Origin: Obrimoposthia wandeli
Taxonomy: Eukaryota
Assembly (NCBI GenBank): GCA_977020255.1
Contig: CDROCS010003532.1
Coordinates: forward strand, 1-64,000
Direction of reading: 5' to 3'
DNA length: 64,000 bases
Part shown: in pieces, positions 46,261 to 60,633 of the stretch
Layout of the letters: each line of letters begins with the position of its first letter
Numbering within the stretch: position 1 is the first letter of the stretch
Translations under genes and position numbers: made by a program
The notes under the pieces: generated by a model
What the model saw: only the letters and a program-made list of their open reading frames with translations
The model's database searches: none
What the model was told of the DNA's origin: nothing

Positions 46261-49200
46261 TTAATCTTTTTCATATTGTTTAAACGCGTTTAACACAGAA
46301 AATTTGGCTTAACAGAGACCGTTTAAACGTTAAGCAGTTTTAGTAAACGTCCCAATGCTTATGATAAAGTGATGTTTAGTCATACCAAAAAGTTTGAACA
46401 AATGTTAATGATGGATTTAGTCATTAGTCCGAGATGAACAAATTTAGTTAAGCTGTGAAAAAAAGAAGTCCATAAGTCCATAAGGAAAAGGTCGCTTTAT
46501 CAAAATTCACAACAGTGATGATAACTACGTGTGGATTTCCAATCAGGTTAGAGCCAAGATGCATAAAATGAATCAATGAGTAACCATGTTCCATTATATA
46601 TAAATATATCGATTGCAATACATACATTATTAAAACTATTATTATTATCCAGCATACAACACTACGTTTTTGGCCAGATCATACTCTCTGTCATTATGCA
46701 AATCTCACTCTACAGAAGCTTAAAGAGCTTGAAGATGCAGCGACAACTTCGAAAAACTAGCCTTTAGAGTCAACTAGGTGTGTACGAGATGTACTTACCG
46801 CTTTGTACAATTGAAGAGAAGTCTATGAAGCCAGTGCGGAAGCTGCAGTAGTCCAGCAAGAAGAAGCATAACCGGAGCTGAGTACTGCATCATGTTGGGT
46901 ACCACAAACCGGTTAACACCCGAGTAGTCATCAGGTCCCACAATTACCTCTTTGGACAGGCCACACATCATGCTCATGTAAGTCAAGGTCATCTTTGACA
47001 GATAATCTTGACCTTGCTGTGGTTTACAAATGATCTTGGATGGACCTACATTAGATGATACTATTTTTTAAAAAATAGTGAATATTCTGTGTTATTTTTA
47101 GTTGAATAATATGCTTTAAAGCATAAATATTATTTGTTTACTTCCTACTGGAAGTACTTTTTTGTTTTACTGTATCAATTACAGGTTTTAATTGACTGAT
47201 GACTAATTCAGAATATAGTTGACGCCATTATACTAATAATAAAACTGTAAAAATGCGAGATATTGATTCATTGAAATATTTATTTTAAAGTTTACTTTCA
47301 TTTGTTTTAAAATAAATATTATCATCATGTCCAAACTCGAATTTTGCATTGCATTTAGACTTTGTCACCTCTCCTAACTGTAGTAAAATGAAAATGTAAA
47401 CCTTAGTGAATAAAATAAAACAGTTTTTACATAATTTAGTAACGTTTCAGATTGAAAGTTAAATATTAATTTGCATATTAAAAATGACCTATTTATTGAA
47501 ATTTCAAAAGGAAATGTATTTTATTTATTTTAACATTTTATTAAATATTATACTTGACATAATATAAATTGGAAATTAATAAAAATATATTTAATTTCAT
47601 TTAAAATATTTTGAAATAAATTACAATATCAAAAATATGTAAATTTTCATATTTACGTAGAAAAATAGGAGTTTTAAAATGGGTAACCACAAATTTGGTA
47701 ATTACTGTATTCACAGTATTCACAGCTTCATATTCCTCAATATGAAAATATTCACTGAAAGTATTATACACACATACATAATGTTAATAAAACTCTAAAT
47801 TTAGTTAGTAATTTTCCTATTCTAAATTTTGTATCATTTAGTATTCACTGGATTAGGAAGAAGACTACTTTAGGTATCTATTATATGAGCTATACCACTC
47901 CTTTGGTGCTACTGTTTCAACCTCTGATGCTGCAGCTTCAACCGCTACCTCTGAGGCTAAAATCTCTATTGATTATGTTGATGCTAATGTTGAGTCTGCT
48001 ACTAATCTGGCTACTGCTGTTCTTTCTCATACTGGTGGTATGAACCCTTTTATTATGTATTTAGGGACGGTGTCTATTTATAGGGGTAGACTCGTTGATG
48101 GATTCATTACTATAAAACAGCCTCTTATGAATTAGTTATGGTGGTTGCTCCTATGAGTAGACCCGTCTACGACTTCAAATAATCGTAATATGTCCACAAT
48201 TGAAGAAAACTGGAAGAATTAAAAGTATGATATGTGAAGAAAATTTTGAATGGGGTGCATTGGTCCCCATCATTGGGTGATGAAAATTTTGTAGATATTT
48301 TAGTAGATGTAGATTAGTTTGAAAATTTTCAATACAATTGTGAATAGGATATATAAATATATTTCAAAACGTATATGATACTATTAATATGAAACTTAAA
48401 ATCATTAATATACCCTTTGTTAATATGTTCATTTATGGAATCAATATTTACATCGGAATATGATTATTTTACTTTTTAGGTGTCAATTATGAATATTAAA
48501 ATATAGGATATGATCTATCTGCTTAGAAAATGATGTTAAAAGTTTGAATAGTTTTTATTATGAACTGTATATAATAAGATCGTTTATTTTTCACCCTAAA
48601 AAGTTAATATATTCATTGAAAACTGCAAAATCGACTTGAAATAAATCTAACTTCTAAATTTATAATACTTTTATTGGGAAAATAAAATAAAGTTTTTAAC
48701 ACGTTCACAACTGAATGTAATTGGGTTTTACGAACTACCGCGGATGGTTCTGTCATACTCTTTTGATAAATAATTATACAAGATTTTAATGAAACTAAAG
48801 TTAAACATAGATAAAGTAACATGTATCAATTTTTACTAAAATTTATTCTCAAAATAAATGTTAACCATAACAGTAAAAATTTGATAGAAGTAATTTTTAA
48901 ATTATTTAAAAAAGTATAGAGCTATTATTTTTTAAAAATATTGGGGTAGTTAAATTATTGTACCTTTATATTGTTTTAATTAGAAGAAAATAATTATTAC
49001 TGCATAATATAGTTTTATGATTTAATGTAATTTTGATAAATCTTGTACTAAACATTGTTAAAATTGATTCTTTGATTTCAAACATTTTCTATAAAGTATT
49101 AATAAGAAAAAAATTAATAATTTACCATTAATTTTAAAATGTTACTCGATAATAAATTGATTTTGTATATCATTAAGAAAATCTAAAATGCAGCACAGTG

Positions 49201-49815
49201 AAGAATATGTGGGTGTTCAGTAACGTATAAAGCTCGACTAGACACAATTCGATACAACGCTATTTCAAAAACAGATAATATTATGTTCACTTTTAGATCA
49301 AGTTGAATGATACAGATTATGGTTTAATTTTGACAAATATTACGATGTATACAATTGTTAGAAATGAAACATTCTATAAATTATCGTTAGCTAAACATTT
49401 TAGATATCATTTTATTAGCAAACAAATATTTTGTAATGAACTGAAAACTCTCAATTTTTAACATATATATAAACTACAAATTTAGCATACACATCGTTAA
49501 AATTAGCTAATGATTTATATCTCCCTAAAAAATTATTTTTAATGCTTTTGATACATCAAATTTTAACAACAATAAATAAGAGAAACCTATTATTTCTGTC
49601 GGATTTTTGCCACGAATTACTATATAAATATGTACAAGTACAAATATCGTCATTTTGAATTATAGTTGATAATATAAATAATTTTTTTACTTTCACTTAT
49701 AATTACACAAATATTTTATACTAAAATATTTTTGGTGCTCCTTAAAGTAACAGTTAACCAAAATATTGTTGTAAAATCTTTTTTTAATATTATAATAGAA
49801 AGTTCTCTGTATATA

Positions 49816-51361
49816 TAGTCCGCGAATTATTGAAGGTGCATTCCGTTTAAACTAAAATTTTGTTACGAAAGATTAATAATATAAAAAAGTTTAAATTGAA
49901 ATAAATGAAAATAGAAGTTAGGCTATAAAATAAAAGTATATAATTTTAAATATATATTTATATTGATTTTATATATATAACATCATCATTTTTGGAATTA
50001 AGAAATGAATTTTTGAAGGTGCAATATTTAATTTAAATTTGTGAGTTTTTTATTAGTAAATATTAATTCATGTAGATTTCTGATTAATTATGAATATTCA
50101 GTGATATATTTCAGCCGAAAAAAAATCAAATATTCAAAATGCTATCGATAAAAAGTTAGCAACAATGAAAATTATGAAAATATTTAAAGTATCTAGAAAT
50201 ACAGTTTCTCGGATCAAAAATGGATATCATTGTGTCAGAAATGGCAAATCATGTATCTATGATTCAAAATTATTAACAAAACAAGTCAAAAAAGCAATCA
50301 CAAAAATTGAAAAATATGAAATTAAGGGTAACTGCTAGAGACATTCTTAAAAATATTCATGAAGAACGATCTTTACAAATATTACTCAAGTCATCGGATA
50401 TGTTTATGTTAAGAAATATTCCAAAAAATTGTCTTGTCCGACTTTCAGAAAGCTGTACGTGTTACAGCCATTAAGTCTTGGTTTGGTAGTAATATAGATT
50501 TCAAAAAAGTTATTTATTCAGGTGAATGTCGATTTATCTTAGATGGACCCGACTATTTTCTAAGTTGGCAATTACACAATGGTGAAAATTCAACATTTAG
50601 ATATTGACGTGCATTTGGAGGAGGTTCTCTTATGTTATTTGGCTATATTACTTATGATGGATTAATATCTATAAAATTTATCAATGGAACTATTAATTCC
50701 GTTACATATCTATCAATCTTAAATAATGAAATTATCCCTGTCATTTGACATAAACTAAGAGATAATTTTTTTTGGCAGCAGGATAATGCCAGGCACACAC
50801 AGCAAAAAGGATAATAAATTATTTCATATATAATAACATTAAAGTTCTCCCGTGGCCTCCATATAGTACAGATCTTTCTATCATAGAAAATGTATGAAAG
50901 ATACTTAAAGACATGGTTTACAATGGACCTGATATTCAAAATAAAGATGAGTTAAAAGCACAAATAAATGAAAGTGTGGAAAAAATTAATTCTAATACTG
51001 AACGTATTATATCTCTGTATAATGGAATTGTTGATAGAAATTTGAATGTATTAAAGAGAGATGGTTCTAATAAAAAGTAACAATACTTTTAAATATCTAT
51101 TGTTTTATTGTATTGTTGTAATAAATAGATTTTTACTGTTGCACCTTGAATAATTTGTTTTTGATTTTTAAAAAACTGCTACTTTTGTGTTAATATAAAT
51201 TAATAAACTAATTCAAAATATATATTTATATAAAGTGTTTGTATAATTTAAATAGTATAATGTTTAGTCTATTTATGATATGAAAACTAATTATTTATAC
51301 ACATTTTTTCTGGGCTAAGATTGTATTTAAACTATTTGTACCTTTATTAATTCGCGGACTA
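49816..51361 (+). mobile_element. Full-length decayed Tc1-like transposon (1546 bp)
   Basis: TA-flanked TIRs TAGTCCGCGAATTA; inner GAAGGTGCA repeats; motifs IYSGECRFILDGPD, QQDNARH and WPPYSTDLSIIEN. Confidence 0.85.
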
Positions 51362-53825
51362 TATTTAAACCTATATCCGAATTAAATCAGTTAATGTTTA
51401 TCCAAAAACGATAATTTTACTGCAAATTTATTTCACAAAAACAAGGATTTTTTGAAATTTTCATTGGAATTGAAATTAAAATATTTGAAATAAAATAAAA
51501 TGTTATTGTATATATGTGATCATAATTTGGTGAATTTGTCCATCACTTACCGTAATATACGAGAAACACATTGACTAATCCAAGAAAGGCGAATATGCGG
51601 TTATTGAAGAAGGACAGTCGGTGGAAGCAGCTGTTCTCTCTTCCAAATGCGCTTTGTCTCTCCCCAAACCACTGACTGGATCTGGTGGACTTTGACATCA
51701 CATTGTTGTGGCTATACATTCGTTCTAGAGTTACTAACATAATTTGGCCCATTTATGTTCATTCTAAATTGGCTTCCACATTTCCAAAGTCCATGGTGTT
51801 TTCTGTGTATCAATGTCAAATTACGATAACGACAGAATTGTTACTGTCCATTACATGAAGAATAGCAATGAAAATCTTTCATTATTTGTTTGTAGAACTG
51901 TTCTAAACCCTTGATCATATGCCAATATCCTTTTTATGAAATCTACATATTGATGATTTTAAAATATTAATTTATTTCCCAATAACTTTGAAGACCATAT
52001 GTTGTTGGATGTTTGTTTTAATATTAGACAATCCGTAAAACGGCAGAATTTGAATATATCGTTCTCCACACCATCTTGGATTTAACTACACCATATACCA
52101 GAATTTTCCAACACATCATTCTTGATAATCATTTTAAATTAGGGTAGTACTAATTATTCAAAGTTATAATACTGTGTATCCTCTTTGTATCCTAAATTAT
52201 TTTCCATTATCCTTTACTACTTCTTTTTTTAATTCCTTCACATTTATACATCGATACGATCTCATTGTAATTCCTTACACAGAAGTGCATCAAAACATTA
52301 ATCTAAAATAACACTGAGACTGAAACTTTATAGCACCGAAATTATTGTAAATTGATAGATAAAATATACGCAGCAGCCATCACTGCCTTCTTGTCATTAT
52401 CCGTTACTGCCGAGCTTGATGGATAATCGAAATGCTGCTGTATTTAGAAAACATTTAATCATTCAACATATCGTTTATTAAATATATAATTATTTTATGT
52501 ATATATATAGATATATTTATTTTATATTTTAATTGCACTTCATGAAAATAATTGTTCACCCTGCTAACTATTTGGATATACTGGATGCCAACCGAAAATT
52601 TAACTGCAATTTTAATAAAACTGTAAAAAGTTCTTTTCATAAATTACAGACCATTATAAATGACCTAACGACGTTTTTTACAATTTTAATTGACTTTCAC
52701 ATATAACATATTTGGTTAGCTTCGAACTATAAATATAATTATATTTATCCAAATAGTTATTGACAACAGAAACGAATTTTGACGAAGACGAAGCTTCTAT
52801 TTCAGTCGTTGAGTTGGAAACTTTTGTTTACTTTGTCACCTTTCTTATTTAAAGATTCAAATATCAATGTTAAGTCTAAACAAACACCTTTCTAAATTGT
52901 CCTTTCATTTATGTTGGCGATTATTGACATATTGACCATATATGTAACACAAAACACCAGGCTTGTTTCTGCAACTTCTTTTCAGTGAAGCCATAAAACT
53001 ATAAATACAAAATGCAGGTCAAATTAGTTTGCCCATTGATGTAAAGTAGGTAGATGTGTCGATTCCGGCACAGTATCCCCCTACCCAGAAGAGTCATCAA
53101 TACAAAGGGCAATATGTAAACAATGTAATTGTTACGCAATGTAGTGTGTTAGCAGTGGGATGATACAAAGGACAATACGTTAACAATGTAATTGCTACGC
53201 AATGTAATGTATTAGCAGTATTAAGTGTTTATTATACATGTTTTATAGTTTAGTAATGTATTTTTTATTCTGTCTCTTAGAGTTCGGTTAAATCTTTCAA
53301 CTAGAGCAGCCTTGTATTGAGAAAAAACATTCTAATGATTTACATTATTTGATTTAAATAAAGATTTAACATATGAGTTGTACATTTTTTACCTTCATCA
53401 GTCTGTACATTTTCAGATACAACATCATTAAACATGTTTTTGACTGCTCTACTAAGTTCAACAGTTGTTTTATTTTTTTAAAGCTTGGGCTCTAGCTAGT
53501 CTATTAAACATATCTATGCAGGTTAAAATATACTTACATTCATTATTGATTGATGAATATGGTGGAATCATATCCATAAAATCCATTTGACATAATGCAT
53601 TAGGACCACTAGACTTGTATGATCTCATTGGAAATCTCTTTTTTATCGTTTTGTTGAGACTATAGGTCATCTGATTTCTCAGCCATTTCTGAGCTAACTT
53701 TTCTGTTGAGTTTGTCTTTTTTGCAAACTTTGAGACTCAATTGAATCAAACTGAATTATTTCTATCGAACCATATCGACATCGTCTTTTCCATTACAGCA
53801 TGAAGATTTCAAATTAAAATTGAAA

Positions 53826-54653
53826 TTAAGCAACTGTGATGATCTGAGATCCATTAAAAAATGAACTCCCTGGTAGTGATGCTAGTATTGGTACTAAAAC
53901 CGGAAGAATACCACCTGATTGTTTAAGAAATATTTTACGTTTACTTAAATTACTCTTTGTTTTTAAAAGACATGAAAGTGGTTGTTTATACTGCTTTAAT
54001 GCATTAGCCTTTACACCAACTTTTATTTTCTCGCTAATGATTTTAATTAATACTTTAATTATATCATATATTACAAATGTTGGAAAATACTTTAAAATTC
54101 TCATTCTACGAGCATTAGGTGTCTTCAATGGTACATTAATATATGAATATGATTTTCTTTGAAATAAAACATTGGAAATCAGTTTTATAACTTTTCTTTT
54201 CTCACGTGGTATCACAACTTTTTTAAAATACATTTTGATTAAGTTGTTAATTATTGTTTGTTTATATACAATATAGCCATCAGTATTAAATAAATCAATG
54301 GATACTCGAAAATCATCAAGACAATTTTGTGTAAAATCAATGAATAAATACCAATATGTCTTCTTTGTTGCATTATGAAACGTATCATTAAGAAAGCGTT
54401 TATTATGTGAATAAGACTGTCTAGCAATAAAATCCAAAATAGTTTGATCACGAGGATTTTTAAATAATATTAAATAATGTACATTAATATTGCGTGTTCT
54501 ATGTGCTCTTTCTTGATGAAACAGGTTTTGTGTTATAAAGAATACAGTAGCTTCCCTATGACGAGCAATTTTAGTAAACAGATTATTAAATAAAATTTCT
54601 GCACCCCATAATTTTATATTTACCTGTCTTGAATATAACAAAAGTATAGTCAA
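53826..54653 (-). pseudogene. Polinton packaging ATPase C-half fused to the small 'QxGG' protein
   Basis: NLFTKIARH...FITQNLF...LFKNPRD...IDF, then LKQSGGILPVLVP; homologous to 62738-63892; Walker A missing. Confidence 0.75.
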
Positions 54654-54989
54654 TAATTTTAATTATATGCTGTTTCGGTTTTCATGCTAACTCTAAATGA
54701 GTAAATTCTTGTAGTACATACCTTTGTAATTTATGTTTTCTAACATTGTGAACCTAAACTGAATTTGACAATCTCTATATATACAGGTGACACCCCAACA
54801 ACACTCCACATCGTCTGCAATGACACAGCAAAGTCCTTCCTCATCGGTATCATTCATATCAGCTGCCATGAAGCTGCAAAATCCATCCACATCGGCGGAG
54901 AGAGTGAAGCTGCCAAATTCTACCACATCAGGTGTATCAGAGCTGAAACTATATTCAAAAATGATTAGTAACATTTTTATATCCATATT

Positions 54990-57900
54990 ATTGTTTAGGG
55001 TTGATTCATAATAATTGTCATGCTATTATGAAACCTTACTACAAACCGAAATATAATGGTTATTGTTACTATGTATGTCCTAGTTGTAGTATATGCTCTA
55101 TTGATATGTCTGATATTTTTTATGAAAAGCACCAAGAACACTTATCTGATTTTAAAGTGAAGAAGTTAACATTTGCCCCGACTAAGAAGCCTACGCTTAA
55201 ACTTAAAATTCAAACAAACTCCCCTATACCCGCTAAGCGTATAAATCAGTTAGGTTTAGGTGTGAGGAGCGATTTAAATGATAGTCACATTGTCATAACA
55301 CAAGGTTGTTTGTTCCTGATAGGGTCAAAATACAAATTAAGAGTACTGTTGATGTAATGATAAACGCTAAAATCCAATATGGTGCCCTTGTTTTGTTTAC
55401 GAAAGATGATGGTGAAATTGTTGGGATTTCTATATGAAACTACTGTGAATTCAGATAGATCCTCTGATGGAGGCCCTAACGTGAGTTCTATAGAAGTAGG
55501 GCTTGCAGTTATTTGTGGCCTACTTAGCTTGTACTTATGTCTCACTTGTCTAATCTGAAGGTTTGTTTTTGTTTGTTGTGGTGGAGATGTGTGAATAGCT
55601 GTGTAACCGGCACTGGAAAATTCCCTTAATGTGGTGTAATGTATGGAGTACCTGGTATCTGTCTGTGCTCAAATGTTTGTTCAAGAACGTCGTTTAATTT
55701 GTAGGAAACTTTATTATTGAAACACACAATTTACGTCTCTAAAAATAACAACGACTTATCCTAACTCTACTTTACCAAACCTTACACAAATGGGGATGTC
55801 TTACGTATTGATTTTAATAAGATTTTTAAATCAAAACTCTTTTATCTCAATATGATGAAATCAAATTGTTTAAAATGGACAAACTTATTTTACTTAAACG
55901 GACACAGAATATAACTTTGAAGAAAATTAATTTATAATGTAAAGCAATTTATATGACAAAATTATAGCAACTTTAATTCAACTTACGCTCACAATATATA
56001 TGACAAAATTATAGCAACTTTAATTCAACTTCCTCTCACAATACGTATTACAAAATTATAGCAACTTTAATTCAACTTTTTCTCACAATATATATGACAA
56101 AATTATAGAAACTTTAATTCAACTTCCTCTCACAATATGTATTACAAAATTATAGCAACTTTAATTCCACTTCCCCTCATCTCTGTCCGATAGCTTGTGT
56201 GTTCCTGTAGTCCTTGCACATCCCTGGTCGACTTCTCTTGGAGTCGAGCGTTGGCAACTTCAGGAAAGTGAATAATTACATTTCCTATTGGAGCTTGTTT
56301 ACCTCAAATTCTTCTCTTGGAGTCGATCGTTGTTTTTTCAATTTAGGTTTAGGATTTCGCTTCTTTTGGCCTCTGTAGCGCTCGGATTCTATCAACGAGG
56401 CTCAATATGTTGGCTATTTCGTTTCTATTCTCTTTTATTCTCGTTCGATTACTTCTTTCTCTTGAATAGTTCCCTTTTGCGAATAACTTGCACAATCCGA
56501 TTCGTATTAATAAATAAGCAAGTGGTGGCCCAACTTCTGGAATGCAACTCTTCTTTTATAATTAAAATCTATCTTTTGTGTTGAACAACTCTTCTTTTAT
56601 AGTCCTAAATAAAACAATTAATTTGCACTTAGTTTCTAAGTGCACTCACCTTGCAGTCTGGCTACCGGCTGTTGGTTCACTATCCGTTCTTCGCTGCGAA
56701 TTTTAAACAAGCTCGTAGCGGAGCTTAAGTGGTGCTAATGGATTTTCTGTAGTCACTTTTGATTTTCGTCTTCTCTCTCTGTTGCTTCTCCAAGATTCTC
56801 TTAATTGACTGTCTGGTAATTTCTGGGCTGTTGAAATCTTCCGGCTTCTAATTAACTTCTCGTTTTTTCTTTGATTAACTCCTTATTTCCTGGGCCCTTT
56901 TAATAGATTTAATATCTATTATATACTTACACATTACACACCTGATCTCATCAAGGTCCTAAAATACTTTTAATAAAATGATATTTAATTTTAATTTATA
57001 TTCAATTTTATTTTATTTTATTTTTAACTTTGCTTTCAAGGATTCATTTTACTATTTAATCAATTAATTATTTTTTAAAGTTTATTAAATCCTAACCCTA
57101 ACAATATGAAGCAATGGCACCTTTCAAATAAATTTGTGTTGTATGATGATGATGAGTGTTTGAATGAGATATCGCAGTAATTGGATGAAAAAATTGCCAA
57201 CTACAGTGAATTGAGTAGTGAATGGCGAATTTTACGCTTATTGCAGATAAATGTTACTTTAACTAAATAAAGTAATGTAATGTATATGAGTGGTAGTAGC
57301 TATATTTCAACACCCCAAGAATTATACCAATCAAAAGCTGTCGTTAATGTACAAAACTATAACTCGCTGGGATTTTTATATAATATTCTCTCCATACAAA
57401 AACGGAATTAAATAGTTGTAAATAGACAAAGAGTTTCACAATATACTTAATATTTAGGTAATTTCAAATATAAAGCTTCTCAAATGGTGTTTTACCCTCT
57501 CTGGCGGATTTAAATACTTGTATGTTTGATGAATTGAACTTTATGTGATTATATGCTAGATTATTTAAAGTTGGATGTATACTTATTAGCTGATAATTTT
57601 GAAACATTTAGGATAAAGGAATTGTCTGATGATAGTTTACTTTTTTCAACTCCTGTTTATCTTGGGCTAGCGCCTTAAAAACATAGGATTATAAAGTATA
57701 ATTACTTAAGGATCCTGAATAGTATATATTTTTTGAAAGTGGTATACGTTTGACCTTTGTAAATAAAGATGCTGAATTATTATATATAGATGTTAATCTG
57801 TATGGATGGGCTCTTTCACAACCTTTACCACATTCCAACTTTAAATTGATTGATGATTAAGATGCCCTACTTTGTTTTTTGTGGAATTTTGATGAACAGG

Positions 57901-58410
57901 AAGAAGTGGATGACGGATATGGCTATGTATTAGAAGTTTATGTAGATATACCAGCAAATATCCATGATAAATTAGATGATCTACCTGTAGCTTCCATCAA
58001 ACAACATCCCCTAATAGTAAGCCTCACAGATGAATCTAAAATAAATTATATTATTCATTTACGATTCATCAAGTTTTAAGTTTCTCTAGGAGTACAAGAT
58101 GTTAATATTCATCGCGCAATTAGATTTAAACAAGATAGAGTTTTAAAAAAATATATTGATTTTATTACGAGGTCAGAAACAAAATGCAAATTTGAGAAAA
58201 ACCTTTATAAACTTAAAAATTGTAGCTTGTTTGGAAAAACAATAGAGAATTTAAGGAAGCTACTTAATGTGAGAATTTATAGTACGTTCAAAAAATTAAC
58301 TAGTCTAAGTTCCAAGCCAGCATTCAGGAGATCTCGTGTTGTTGCTGATGATTTAGTTGTAGTTTTGATAAATAAAGAAGTTGTTTCGCTTGAAAGATCA
58401 ATATACATTA
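54990..58410 (+). pseudogene. polB: Protein-primed B-family DNA polymerase (Polinton), split by a solo LTR
   Basis: SGSSYISTP, YIDVNLYGWALSQPLP, YVLEV and SLFGKTIENLRK motifs with many stops; coding-like sequence continues across the LTR insertion. Confidence 0.8.
55419..57103 (-). mobile_element. Solo LTR (1685 bp) of a related subfamily
   Basis: TG...CA ends; flanks AAAT/ATAT (3/4 TSD match); conserved end motifs shared with the other LTRs; internal 47-bp array at ~55950-56170. Confidence 0.8.
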
Positions 58411-58830
58411 ACTCTGCCAGTCAACTGGCGAATGGGAATTCTTCTTTCATCTCTAATAATGCGAATAATAATATCTCGTTTGTCATCACCAATTTCAATT
58501 GGTTTTCCACCACAATTGTCCATTACAGAAATACGTGCACCCATAAATATCTTTATCCAATAGTAAGCAGTGGTTTTTTGGGGGGCTTTCTTCTCCATAA
58601 ACCAGTTGCAATTTATTAACTATGTATTTCCCAATTACGTTTTTATTCAATAAATATTTGATAATTGCACGATATTCTACGATATCTGTACTAATTTTTA
58701 AAATTGCCTCCTAAAACATGTAAACAATATTAATGCATTAAAACAAACTTTGATTGTCACTACACTTCCAGTACTTTGTTTATGCAAAATATAAGATGAG
58801 TTGAATAAGTGTGAGTGCGCGAGTCCAGGA
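58405..58830 (-). mobile_element. mariner transposase N-terminal remnant
   Basis: 'EYRAIIKYL...VYGEE..P.TTAYYWIKIFMG..S..D..GKP...DERRIPIRQL' HTH region. Confidence 0.65.
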
Positions 58831-59173
58831 GGTCATTGATTGCATCACGTATATCGAGCAAGCAATTCTAGATTTATCAAAGTTGCGCATGTATCAGAGT
58901 AGGTGGATGTGTCCGGTCTAATCCACACCCCCCTCCACCCTTGTCCTTTAAAACCGTGCATGTGTGTCGAGTGAAATTTCGTGTAGGTGTGTGGAGTGAA
59001 ATTTCACTCCATACACATGCACGGTTTTAAAGGACAAGGGGGAGGGGTACCCCCCTAACAATTTTTCGCGCCTTTTGGCGCGAAGGGCTCGGGACCGACA
59101 TTGGTCACAGACTAGTAGTGCGATGTACGGATATCTCGCTCTCATATAGGTCACAGACTAGCTTGGCGATGTA

Positions 59174-59472
59174 NNNNNNNNNNNNNNNNNNNNNNNNNNN
59201 NNNNNNNNNNNNNNNNNNNNNNNNNNNNNNNNNNNNNNNNNNNNNNNNNNNNNNNNNNNNNNNNNNNNNNNNNNNNNNNNNNNNNNNNNNNNNNNNNNNN
59301 NNNNNNNNNNNNNNNNNNNNNNNNNNNNNNNNNNNNNNNNNNNNNNNNNNNNNNNNNNNNNNNNNNNNNNNNNNNNNNNNNNNNNNNNNNNNNNNNNNNN
59401 NNNNNNNNNNNNNNNNNNNNNNNNNNNNNNNNNNNNNNNNNNNNNNNNNNNNNNNNNNNNNNNNNNNNNNNN
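59174..59472. other. Assembly gap (299 N)
   Basis: Run of N. Confidence 1.
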
Positions 59473-60633
59473 CCACACCACACCACTCTTCGCCCACATA
59501 ATTTAGAGGAGCAAAAAAACAAAATACGAGACAAAATTATTTTTCAAAATATTTATTAAACATAAAACAACATATTGGCTTCACTCAAAGTCCAGAGAGG
59601 CTGCATTTTCTCGTCATCAGCAAAATATCCATTCAGACGTATTGAGATATTCCATAGTTCTTCATCTAGAATTGGAGCAATCAAATATCCTAGATCATCT
59701 TTAAAATCCAGACTGGGATCAGTTTCAAGCTCGAAACAATTTCCTTCATATACATAATCAGGAATGTAAAATCCCAAAATATTTTTCAGTTGATCAAAAT
59801 CAGTTGTTGCTAAAATTTCGATGACTCCACTTTTGATATTTTCACAGGATTCATAACTCGTATAATTTGATGCCTCTTTAATATATTACGAAATTCTTTC
59901 TGGATAATAAAAATTTGCTACACATCTTTTATCCATTCTAAAATAAGGAAACTGATTAAAAACAATGTTTATAAAAAATACACATAAGATACAAATAAGA
60001 TACAAATAAAACTGTTTATTAAATGAAAGAAACATAGTAAAACCGATTACAATTTATTACACACAAAAGTTAAAACATAGAAATATTAGGCACGTTCAAT
60101 TTTCCACATAGGCAACTTTGTTCCCATTTCATCTTTCTTGTAACCATAAAGTCGAATTGTTACAGTCCATTGCTTCTTTTTCGGAAACGCATCAATATCA
60201 ACATATCTTCCATAGTCATCTAGAAATGCTTCGGATATAAAATTCGTTCTTATTGAAAGTAAAATTTGGAACTGCCTTTTCTATTTTCTGTTTAAGATAT
60301 TGAAAATCAGTTTCCTGATAGCCGATCTAATCCACCCCCTTCCCTACTGTCCTTTAAAACCGTGCATGTGTGTGGAGTGAAATTTCAATTTACACCATAT
60401 TTGTTAAACTTTTACCATGAATCTCAAAAGTGGTTAGAGAAGACCACGAGAATCCATATTGACCCCGACGGAGACGAGATTTCAAATATTACTACTATTT
60501 TTAAGAAAGATTTTAGATTAATAAATTACACATGTTAAATATCTATGTCAGTTTTAGAATTTATCGGTCAGATTTATATAATTTAGAGAAGCAAAAACAA
60601 AATACGAGACAAAATTATTTTTCAAAATATTTA

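Larger units (their letters stand above)
53045..58410. mobile_element. Polinton/Maverick segment C (decayed): integrase and ATPase on minus, pPolB on plus
   Basis: AGTAGG-type terminus at 53045; integrase fragment QMDFMDM...KYILTCIDMFNR (53470-53670); ATPase C-half; PolB motifs. Confidence 0.75.

Noticed and set aside
54770-54960. GC-rich island as a further exon
   Set aside because: It shows decayed internal periodicity (EAAKSIHI / EAAKFYHI), has a weak donor, and lies inside Polinton C.
59105-59534. ORFs of 113-130 aa spanning the N run
   Set aside because: Artefacts of translating the assembly gap.
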